From contig NC_083417.1 of assembly GCF_020745735.1 (NCBI RefSeq), forward strand, positions 49,972,001 through 50,036,000: a DNA stretch of 64,000 nucleotides. The letters run 5' to 3'. The DNA is from Hemiscyllium ocellatum. Its lineage: Eukaryota. Position 1 is the stretch's first letter, and each line of letters starts with the position of its first letter. A model generated the notes under the pieces. That model was not told the origin of the DNA and ran no database searches. It was given only the letters and a program-made list of their open reading frames with translations. The translations under genes and the position numbers were made by a program. Shown here piece after piece: positions 50,764 through 61,940 of the stretch.

Positions 50764-53700
50764 GTAAGTTTCACTCAGTTTTAAACTACTGAATTGCAAC
50801 ATTGAATGGCTTAAGGTAAACTCTTGTATGACGAAATTAATTCTATTGTGTTGGACATCTCTTTAAATATATCAGTGAAATATGGTACAAGGGCTATAGT
50901 GGACAGCACTAACACTTTGTACCTTTGTGTGTACAATAATTGTTGTCCATTAACTTGTTTTACTGATAAGGTTTAACTTCCACTTAGAAATATTATAGAA
51001 TACAAAACAGAAGAACCTGGGAAAACTCAACATAGCTGGCAGTATATGTGGAGAACAAAAGAAAGTACTTCCAGTCTTTAACATTTCATCTGAAAGCCAA
51101 AATTAGCAGTTTTTTGCTTTTATCTTAATGCTAATAAGATATGATTTCAGTTTAAGCTTTTAATCCACAATATGTACTTTCAATGTACTAACACAATGAT
51201 CTTTTTGAAAATACGAGGAGTCCAATACTGCATAATTGAATAGTCTGACATATTTTGTACTGGCAACTATGATAGAAGACTTTTGAATTCTCAGCCAGAT
51301 TATCAGTTTGATATTTGACTAAGTTCAGCTCATTTTCAGCAATAACTGTTCATTGTGGTTTGGAGAGAAGGAACAGAAGGATGGTGCTCTCTTGTAGCTC
51401 GTATCTTTTATTAAGAGGGAAAGACATTTGAGAAATGGGACAAACAATGATTCCAATGATTCTATCCATAAGTATACCATTTCTTAGATTACTGGACTAT
51501 TGTCAAAGTATAAACAAAAAGTTTTGCAACTGTATATTTCTACACTGGCAGAGTAAAGATCAGATTTTATTGTGTGCCGAATAATTCAAAGCTGTAGGAA
51601 ACAAGATGATTGTGTAACCCAGTAAAACCACATCTATGAAGACATTGTCAGCATTTTTCCATTGACTTGCAACATTAGAAAAAAGATAAAGATTTGTTCT
51701 CCTTATCATAGAGAATTCAGGTTGGTCATAATATGCCACTTTTAAAAGATAAAGGATATATTAGAATTCAGAATCAAAGAGCCATAATGCCATGCATCAG
51801 CCTTTCTAATGAGCACACCTTTGATTTCCTAATGTCTGAATAGCAAGTTTGTTGTGAGTGTTGACATCTATAATAAAAAGGGCATCATTTGGAAAAAGTA
51901 GCCTTTCTACAGGTATACATTGTCATTGATTTAACTATGATAAGCTGAGTAAACTGTCAAATCTAACCATGACAATTTAGAAATTAACCTTAATAAATAT
52001 GAAAAGTGAAACTAGTGTAAGGTTGATAATTACAATTTTTCATTAGAATGTAGAGTTTCATATCACTCACATTGTATAAAGTACAAAACATAAATCATTT
52101 GTAAATCAAATATTGGGACTTAACAGATCAGAATCTGCATGGATCATTAATTGGGTGGTATTGAGATGGAAGAACATTTTCCTGGTTTATGTGAAAACTG
52201 CTTTTCTTGTTGATGTTTTTTACACAGAATGTTGATGTACGTTAAAAGGTCTTGTATTAGTTGCAGGAAATTGTATCATTGCAGCATCAATACTGATTCC
52301 TTTTCAAATTAAAAAAAAAGTGTGATTCATAATTTGGTGGCATGTTGAAACCAATACAATAACACATTGTTATAAATCTGCACTATCAAAATTAGAGACT
52401 TCAACAACTTCACAGCAGGGCATTATAACATTTATAAGATTATTCTGATATCTTTAAATGGACAATGATGATTTTGATAATTAATATTGATGTATTTTCT
52501 TTTAATAAAGTTGATTTTGCTAATTACTGTTATTAAAATGAGTTTGAACATTAATATAAATAGACCGATAATTATAATGATGTTCCTCAAATCAAGATCT
52601 GTTTCTATATACCAGTAGAATTACTGCATTGGTAGCCATGCAGCTGCTCCAATTCAAGATGTCTGATGTATTAAGGCTTCTTGATGCTGTTAATGTTTCA
52701 AATGACACAAAATAACCCGATGTTTAGATGAAGATACTGCTTTATAGCTCTCAGCATTAATTAAAGTATGCTTATAATGTGATCTGGCATTTTATCCTCT
52801 ACCTCTTGACTGGAAGAAGATTCCAGAGGTCAAAGTGACCCATGGGATTATTGTCAAGGCCCTCGAGCCATAAGTAGCATTTAAGGAAAGTGAACATTAT
52901 TGAGGCATTTGGATTTAAGCATAATCATGAAAGTCATATAATCGTACTATGTTGGCATTTCACAGTACAATTGCAAGTGTCAATATCACCTTTACAGATC
53001 TGAACAATCAGTTAGAAAATAATCAGAAGGACTTAAACATGAAGTCACAGAAGTTTGTACTCTATGTTGAATAAATTACCTGCAGCCTATTCTAAATCAA
53101 GATGATATTTGATGCAGTAATTGATGCATTGTCAAAGTGAATAACTGTGATCATTCATGACTTGATCTTTATAACACAGAAGAAAATGATTAATTACGTT
53201 CTCAATTTTCTTTGAAAACAAGCTCATAGTCCATAAAGTTCATGTATGCATTTATATTCATCAAGATATTCAATGTTTATGCATGTTTCACATTATTTGT
53301 GGTAAAATATTAATCTTGACAATTTTAAAGCAAACATTTGGGAAGAATTTATGGTATTCCATTTCACCATGTGTCGTCAAATATTCACCAAACATCCAGT
53401 GAAAACACTGAACAAATATACTTTACAGCTTGTTTTGAGTTCAACTTAAAAACAGCTCGTAAGTTCAACAGTCAACGAAAATTCATCCAAACAGTCATGG
53501 AAAGCATATGAGCAGTTCAATCTGCTTTGATTTTGACCTCACTCAAGCAAGTGTACACTGCAGGATTCTTCAAATTATCCTTCCTTCCAATTTTTGCATC
53601 TGAGAGCAGAATAGTTTAATGACTAAATAATTCTTATTTCTGAGTAACTTCATAGGCATTTAGTCTCGAGTATGTTTTCACTTAGAATAGTTTCAAATGT

Positions 53701-55473
53701 AGCTGGTGAGATGTGGATGTGTGTATGTAACTGACGTAAACTGAACAATAGCTAAAGGAGAACTTTGGCAATGAGTCCAACTTTTATTCTGAGTCCAAAG
53801 AGTAAATTTTCATTTGTTACATGTCAGCTCACAGCTGCAGTTCTGAAAATATTTATCAAATAAGAAGAAGCATGAATCTGTTCTGCAAAAAAATGCAAAT
53901 TAATTTTGTGTACAAAGAGGCAGCAATTTGGAACCCAACACTCCGTTTTGTTTTCAGTTGTCAAACAGTTGCTTCAATAAGATGTTGTTTTAACTTTAGG
54001 ATTAGCCATAGTTAACATATATGATTGTTGTGCTAAAGTTTGAAACATTGATTGTTCAACAATAACAATTTTCTCTTTCTTATTAAATACTCTCAAAACC
54101 TAAATGTAGCATTTCTATTTATTTTTAGGACTGCCATTTGTTAATTAGTACGTGCATTGCCTAGCGTAGTGTAAGTGGAAGAAAGTGTGAAAAGATGCAT
54201 TGAATTTTTTTTAAAAGATCTGACCACTGCTTGAAAGATATTTTCACTCTTATGAAATATTCACATCAATAGCTGTATGGATCTCTTTTGTTTTATTAAC
54301 TGATTTACTTTTGTGAATCGTCATAACAAAGTAATTGTTCTAGGAATCAGCTCTGAAATATAAACAGACAATGCAAGAATAAACACTTGACATTTTGTTT
54401 CTTCTTTAACTCAGTGAAATAATCTAGTCTCTGGGCCATTAGGGAAGTGGATGTCGAGCTGAAAATGCATTTTAATACCCTGTGGAAGGCCTGCTGCATG
54501 GACTTATTTGGTAATTACTCAGAAATCCAATTCCAATAAATGATTCTCCTGTTCCTCAGGACCTTCTGGGAATGTTCTCAATTCTCAGTTATAATTGGCT
54601 ACTTCAGACAGCTCTGAAGAATAGTTATCCAAGAAATATTAACACAGAAATGACCTTAACAACCAGGCAAACTACACTACTGATTCTCCCCACCACCATC
54701 GTCACCTGATCCTCGACTACATCCATCTACCACCCTGTTCAGCACCCTCACTTGACCATCCACCCAACGCTTCTTAACATCACCTTGACTATCCAAATCC
54801 AATGCGGCTAGCTCCGTAACCACACATTTATTCCATTATAGGCTGACCACACATCACCTGATTGCCCTATCAACCATTCAATTACATGATACACCAACAC
54901 TTCTGACCAGTCTGTGTTTCTCTCCCAGCTACCCCTGCTAACCCAATCTGACTACCCCTCTCAACCTGCCTGACTGACCTCCTAAACTCAACCTGACCTG
55001 ATTGTCCATGTCAGTATAGTCACCTACTTTACACATTCACTAACATTGAAACTGGACCTGAGAACTCAGCATACGTTGCATAGTATTTGCTATAAAAAGG
55101 GGATGTTCATGTCTTGCCCAGATCCACTCTATTCCACTCTGACAAAGTTCTCAGATGGAGACTGTGAAAGTTCCAGAGTGAAATGCGCATCAGTGTTGAG
55201 TCAAAGGAATTTACAGTTGCAGTAACAATTGAAGGATAATTGCTGCTGCTCAGAATGCCGAGGCCAGAGTGCACCCACAATCAGAAAGGTGTATTTGTGT
55301 CATTTGCATTTGATGTAATCACAAGAATGAAGCAATTTTTCTGGCTCATATCTCACCCCAGTTCCATTTTTGGTTAAAGTTTGAATTGGAACATATACTC
55401 AACATGTTATCAGGAGTGTACATTTGGGCTTTCTGTCATGTTAGGAAATGACTAGGAACTAGGTTGACAATAA

Positions 55474-55619
55474 CAATAACAGAAATTACTGGAAAAGCTC
55501 AGCAGATCCAGCAGTGTCTGTGGAGAGAAATCAGTATTAACGTTTTGGGTTAGTGACCCTGCAGCAATTTCTGCTTTTGTTTCTGATTTACAGCATTTGC
55601 AATTCTTTTGGTTTTGACT
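55474..55619. mobile_element. Penelope-like mini fold-back element (fourth subfamily)
   Basis: cagaaattactg...cagcaatttctg plus tail. 14-bp duplication taggttgacaataa at 55460-55473 and 55620-55633. Confidence 0.7.
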
Positions 55620-55883
55620 TAGGTTGACAATAAGAATTTATAGTCTGGCTGGCAGCAGGATCCAGGACGGATGGGGTTTAGATCAGAGTCCAACAGGCAG
55701 GCGTGGGGCTCTAGGGGGGTTTCATTGTTTGTGCTGGTCAGCCTGTGCCAAGAGCAACATGGGGACAGTGATTGATACCTACTTGATCATAATTTAGTTT
55801 ACATAATCTCCCATATAAAGCAATTACAGAATTACTAAAGCCAATTTCAGATGCACATTGAAGCAATGATTCATGCAGGTGTT

Positions 55884-56028
55884 CAGATCAGGGTGGTGCT
55901 GGAAAAGCAGAGCAGGTCAGGCAGCATCCGAGGAGTGGGAAAATCGATGTTTCGGGCAAAAGCATCAGGAACAGAGGCGGGAAGCGTCCAGGGTGGAGAG
56001 ATGAATGTGGGGTGGAGGGGTGGGGAGC
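55884..56028 (-). mobile_element. Degenerate Penelope-like pLTR fragment
   Basis: Homologous to 24529-24775. The hammerhead core is partly deleted. Confidence 0.65.
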
Positions 56029-56180
56029 ATGCGGATCAGTCTCACATGTTTTTATCCTGTTGCTCCATAAGGTTTGCAGCATTAGACTGTGCAAACATTA
56101 AGTTGAAACTTACCAAATCAAAGTGAGGGAAATCCCCTGGTGTCAAATGACCAAAAAAACTATGTGTGATATCTTCGGGT

Positions 56181-56564
56181 AAAAAATGAGGTCTGCAGAT
56201 GCTGGAGATCACAGTTGAAAATGTGTTGCTGGTTAAAGCACAGCAGGTCAGGCAGCATCCAAGGAATAGGAAATTCGACGTTTCAGGCATAAGCCCTTCA
56301 TCAGGAATGAGGAGAGAGTGCCAGGCAGGCTAAGATAAAAGGTAGGGAGGAGGGACTTGGGGGAGGGGCGATGGAGATGTGATAGGTGGAAGGAGGTCAA
56401 GGTGAGGGTGATAGGCCGGAGTGGGGTGGGGGCGGAGAGGTTAGGAAGAAGATTGCAGGTTGGGAGGGCGGTGCTGAGTTGAGGGAACTGACTGAGACAA
56501 GGTGGGGGGAGGAGAAATGAGGAAACTGGAGAAATCCGAGATCATCCCTTGTGGTTGGAGGGTT
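56181..56564 (-). mobile_element. Penelope-like 3' end: ORF terminus, hammerhead and tail
   Basis: Minus strand reads TLQPQGMISDFSSFLISPPPTLSQ...* (GIY-YIG end motif TL.P.G.N-like). Hammerhead AUUC-CUGAUGA-A-GGGC-UUAU-GCCU-GAAAC-GUC-GAAU at 56273-56308. Same subfamily as 2794-3399. Confidence 0.85.
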
Positions 56565-56765
56565 ATCTACCCAGGAAATCAAGTTAACTGTGGCTACCAT
56601 TCACAAAATACAACAACAGTAGGGAAATGTTAGATCATAATTAAGGAAGGCAGTTGTTGAAATGTTATGAAATTCATAGGATGCTAGTATCAAGCAATAC
56701 TAATGTGAAATTAATGTATAACATTCTCTACAATTTAAGGCAGTTGGCAGAATGAACAGGAGCAC

Positions 56766-57260
56766 AAAGATGTTGTGAAACTTGAAAAGGTTCAGAAAGG
56801 ATTTACAAAGATGTTGCCAGGGTTGGAGGATTTGAGCTATAGGGAGAGGCTGAACAGGCTGGGGCTGTTTTCCCTGGAGTGTTGGAGGCTGAGGGGTGAC
56901 CTTATAGAGATTTACAAAATTATGAGGGGCATGGATAGGGTAAATAGGCTAAGTCTTTTCCCTGGGGTGGGGGAGTCCAGAGCTAGAGGACATAGGTTTA
57001 GGGTGAGAGGGGGAAGATATAAAAGAAACCCACGGGGCAACTTTTTCCATACGAGTATGGAATGAGCTGTCAGAGGAAGTGGTACAATTGCAACATTTAA
57101 GAGGCATTTGGATGGGTATATGAATAGGAAAGGTTTGGCGAGATATGGGTCAGGTGCTGGCAGGTGGGACTAGATTAGGTTGAGATATCTGGTCGTAATG
57201 GATGGGTTGGACCAAAGGGTCTGTTTCCATGCTGTACATCTTTATGACTCTATGACTCTA
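56766..57260 (+). mobile_element. CR1 3' end (same subfamily as 2311-4496)
   Basis: KLEKVQKGFTKMLPGLEDLSYRERL...LRGDLIEIYK. Tail (gactctat)n. Confidence 0.9.
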
Positions 57261-57376
57261 AAACAAAGACAGCATTGGTAAGACCGCATCTGGAGTAGTG
57301 TACAGTACTTGTCACAATCACACTCAATTACACTAATATGTTAGAAGAAGTTCAGAGAATGTTTACTGGACTAGTA

Positions 57377-57479
57377 AACTCAGTTCTGAGGAAGAGTCAC
57401 TGGACCCAAAATGTTAGTTTTGATTTCTCTTCACAGATGCTGCCAGACTTGCTGAGCTTTTCCAGTGATTTCTGGTTTT
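57377..57479 (+). mobile_element. Penelope-like pLTR fragment inside an old CR1 (~57275-57900)
   Basis: Decayed hammerhead ctgaggaagagtcactggacccaaaatgtt. 16-bp duplication with 1 mismatch, gttta(c/t)tggactagta, at 57361-57376 and 57480-57495. Confidence 0.7.
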
Positions 57480-58414
57480 GTTTATTGGACTAGTACCTGG
57501 AATGAATGGGTTGCCTGTAAAGGCTAGTCCTATATCCTGTAGAGTTTAGCAGAATGAAACATATAAGATCCTGAGGGGACTTGACTGGCTGAATGTGAAA
57601 AGGATGTGTTTCCTCTAGTGAAAGAATCTAGAACTAGGCATCACTCATTTAAAGCAGAGATGAAGAAACCTTTTTTTTGTTTCTGAGGCTTGAGTGTCAT
57701 TGGAATTGCTTTCCTCAGACAACAATGTGTGTAGAATCTTTAAATATGTTTAAGGTAGAGGTAGATAGATTGTTGATTACAGAGAGGATGAAAGATTATT
57801 GGGGATATTCAGGAATGTAGAGTTGAGGTTAAAATCTTATCAACCATGATTGCATTGAATGGCAGTGTCTCAAAGAGCTGAGTGACACACTTTTGCTGGT
57901 ATTTTTGTTTGTAAAAATATGAGAATGTCATTTCGCTGTCTCAGACTGTGCACTTGTGAGCTTTAGGCTTTGACAAGTCATTGGCCAGAAGAACATAATT
58001 CTACATCCAATAATGCTCTAAGTAAGAAAACCTGATGGTTACCTTGGATATTCCCCTGAGAATATCCTATGGCCAAACATTAACATTGTCCAACCTGAAC
58101 AATAATAACTTTGAGACTAGAGTTTAGAGAAAAACTTTGATTAGAGTTACATCCTTGAGGGAATTTGGAGTTTTAATGACACAAAATGGGTTTGCAGCCA
58201 TTTTACATCTCCTCTGATTTTTATATCAATTGTGGCACAGAAGATGGCATTGTTAGAGTTAGATGTTGGATAGAGTGAAATAGGCTGTGGAATTACAATG
58301 TAAGATACTGGTCTGGGGCTTATAATGTGGTCATGGAGCCAACACTGTGATTACTGTGTAATGGGTCAAGTTGCTGGGATACGAGCATCACAGACAAAAT
58401 CAATATTTACAGCT

Positions 58415-58785
58415 CATAGAGTAATACAGTATGGAAACAGACCCTTCAGTCCAACTCATCCATGCCTACCAAGCTTCCCAAACTAAACTAGTTCCATTTG
58501 CTTTCATTTGGTCGATATCTCTCTGAACCTTTCATATTCTTGTATCTGTCCAAATGTCTTTTAAAGGTTGGAACTGCATCTACGACTTCCTCTAGCAATT
58601 TATTCAATATATGCAACCCACCCTCTGTGTGAGAACATTATTCCTCAGGTTCTTTTTAAATCTTTCTCCATTCCTCTTAAAATTATGCCCTCCAACTTTG
58701 AATTCTCCCACCCCAAGTAAAAGACCTTTGCTATTCAATTTGTCCATGCCCCTTATGATTTTATAAACCTCTGTAAGATCACCCC
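58415..58785 (-). mobile_element. Degenerate CR1 3' end
   Basis: catagagtaatacagtatggaaacag...ccatgccccttatgattttataaacctct. Confidence 0.8.
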
Positions 58786-61700
58786 TTGACCACTTGAGAA
58801 GGTAGTGGCGGTTTGCCTTCTTGAACTGTTCTGATCCATGTAGGGTATATCCACAGTTCTGTTAGAAAAGCATTTACAAGGTTTTGACACAGCAACAGTG
58901 AAGGTATAACATTAAAGTGCCAAATCAGGATGCTTGGAGGGAGACTTGCCAGTTTTATTATTCCCATGCGCTTTGCACTGTAAGACATGATCAGTCAGTT
59001 TTAAATATTCTTTAACAAGATTTGGTGTATGACACATTAAGGGTGCCAAGGATTTCGGACAAGCTGAGGGAGCATTGGCTACCTGCAAAACTCAACCAGT
59101 TTATGTGGGACTTCAATATTTGAAACAAAATGACCCAATATGTAGGATAGAGTTTGGAAGACTTTAAAATGAGTGATGACTCTGTCGGGAATAGGAAGTT
59201 CAGTAAGCATGTCTTATTGCTCTCTCCTTATATTCACTCTTGAAACATATACAAATCGTTGGAGCACTTTGTTGGACATTCCAGAAATACAGTGGGGATT
59301 AACTCTAAATACAGTATGATCTGATGTTTTAAGGACCCTTACGCAGTTGATGTACAGATTGAACATGTGAAATGGATCTGGGACCTACATACCTACATCA
59401 ATGTTGAGTCAGTTTTATTGCTCCATATGGTTCTCATTGTGTGCTCAGTAGATATTCAGTGCATAGAAGGCATCACTAATCTTTTAGTTTAAATAAATTA
59501 TGATTTAAGTTAAAATTCTTTTGAGCAGAATCTCGGATGAAAGCATTAAATGTTTAGTTACTATAATCTTGGGGCATACTTTATTCCATTTACCTGCTCA
59601 AATCGATAGTTTTCTGAAAGTCAAAACTTAATTGTGTCTTACTAGGGCACCTTGTTTTCTATACCTTGCCTAAGAAGTAATATTAATCCAGCTGAAACAT
59701 TTTGAAGTTTGTTTGCACTAAACAGCTGAAGTAACAGAGCAAGGCCTATATCCTTATTTTGACAAATAATAATCCAGTCCCTGGTCTTCCAAACATCAAT
59801 TTATCATTCAGGATCCATTATTAGTGTAGCCAGTGTAAATATAAGTCTACTTCTTCACAACTGTTACCATTCCATAGTAAATAAAATACCTTTTAAAATA
59901 CTTTTCTTTATTTGAATACCATGATAATAAATTGTCTTACCACAAAGTATGAGAAAGTAAATCCAGAAGTTATTTTTAAAATGCAATGGAATTCTCTTGT
60001 ATTGAAAAATGGTGCATAATAAATTTGGCTTTGAAAACTTGATTAGAGACCAACTGACCATGGAGTGATAACATAAATACCATTAAAAAATTTTTTTTAA
60101 ATTGCCTATTAAACCTCCAAGATACCAGACAGGATGTGTATGCACATTTCCATCGAGAGGTATACCATCAACCACACTAATTTAAGAAAGAGAAAATGTC
60201 CAGAGCCCATGCCTGAAAGAGGAATTGATTACCTTCAATTCACAAAGAGCTACATTTTTGTTGGAGATTTCCCTTCAGGATGGCTTTGCTCAGGGACAGC
60301 AGCTGCCACACCTTGGAAATATAAAACCTATAAGGTAAGTTTTATGCATATTTATTTAACTAAACATACCAAATATAATCCCATTTAAAATAAAATAATA
60401 CTTACTGGTCTCAGTTTAATTTTTACTGTTTAACTACTCAGGCCTGTGGTTGAGATTGGGATAACTATAAAAGTTTGCTTTATTTGCATTTAAAATTAGA
60501 TTGCTTATCTTATTTCTGTAGATAATTCCTTCTAAATGGCAGTTTATGAAGTCTAAGATAAAAATGGATTGAAATTTTGTTGACTGGCACCTAGTTAAAC
60601 TTTTACAGTATTTGTATCAATTGATTTTTCACACGTGTGGATTTGAAATTTCTTGTAAACTAGAGTTATCACATTTGTGATAAATCAATGTGCAGCAGGC
60701 TAAATCAGTTGAAATGATTTAATTGTTTTGCATAAGTAATCCAAAAGAGAAAATCATGTCTTAATGAAGAACTAAAAGGATTGTGTGCAGTTGCATCATT
60801 TATTTTAATGGTTTAGTTGCACTGTTTCTGTTCCTTCATATGAATGCAAAAAAATCTGCAGTGTAATTGGTACATCTACAGCTGATACTCTTTGCATGTA
60901 CAGGGAATGAAGTCCTCAAATTAATCTTGAGTTGATGAGTGGTGTGAAATTGAGTGGAAACAGTTTAACAATGCTTTTGTTTGCACTTACTGTACTGTAC
61001 TATAATCACAATAGGTGCAAAGCAAATGTTTCATGATAGATTTGCAAGCTGTTTAATCTCAGCAACGAATTGACTACCCTGTTAATTCTTTGGGGGATTA
61101 AATATTTGACTCTAATGCCATGAGTTGAGCACAGAGCATGAATGCAATTCAAATTAATGAGACATTAGTTCTCATGGTTGTCATTGGTTATAACAAGTTC
61201 TTTTTGCCATTTTCGAGTGCATTTTTCAGAGGTTTACTCTGCTGAGTATTCTTAGCTCTGAATGATGGTCAACATTTTCTCTCCATTTTGATAAATGAGT
61301 TGTGTTTGCAGAAATTATTTGCCTAATTATTTCTTATTTGAAATCTTTGGATTGCATCCTTTGCCAAGGGTTGCCTGTTAGTTATATCAATCTGGTTTGA
61401 ATTTAAGAATCATTTTGTTTTATTGTTGTTCATTAACCTTGACAGGTTTTAACCTTTCCATTTAATCGAAGAAATTACCCTGAGGGACGTTCAGGGTAAT
61501 TTGTGGAATTTGTTTTTTTTTAATGTTTCCAAGCTATCTTCAACACCTTATCCACATTTTATTCTTTGCTGAATTAGTCCTTGAGTCACTGTTAAGTGAA
61601 GGAAACACAGCTTTAGTTTCGACTGTATATCCTTTTGTAAAGCTGGTTCCTTGCATGTAGAGAATGTGTGCAGAAATTATAATGTTCGCTTGCAAGTGGG

Positions 61701-61839
61701 CAATTAGATTGCTGTTTCTTTTGTGACTTGAAATAAAATGGCATTGTTTCTGTGGCAACTAAATTGAAAAGGATGGTTAAGCGTCCCACCCACGATTTAG
61801 CTGATGTTCTCATGTGTTTTCGAATTGCTTATGCTCTAG

Positions 61840-61940
61840 GAGTTGACAGATTCAGTGAAGATATCAGGCGAATGACCGGCTTCAAACCAGGTCTCTACTG
61901 GAGGCTCTGCTGGAAGTTTGTTAGCCCAGCCTTTTTACTG
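61840..61940 (+). CDS. slc6a2: NET-like transporter internal exon, IL5/TM11; 101 nt, phase 1-0
   Basis: Acceptor atgctctag| and donor |gtaagc. Translates GVDRFSEDIRRMTGFKPGLYWRLCWKFVSPAFLL, close to NET (GVDRFS...PGLYWRLCWKFVSPAFLL). The flanking exons were not found inside the window. Confidence 0.93.

Noticed and set aside
61752-61839. In-frame 5' extension of the last exon suggested by the ORF track (also at 19906 and 31097)
   Set aside because: Protein similarity starts exactly at the AG acceptors and the phases join properly. The extensions are open intronic sequence.
11724-61940. Assignment as slc6a3 (DAT) or slc6a4 (SERT)
   Set aside because: Diagnostic motifs (LGAGFG, NKFDNN, DSS, GVDRFS, WKFVSPAFLL) favour NET. 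This is not fully excluded without phylogeny and synteny.
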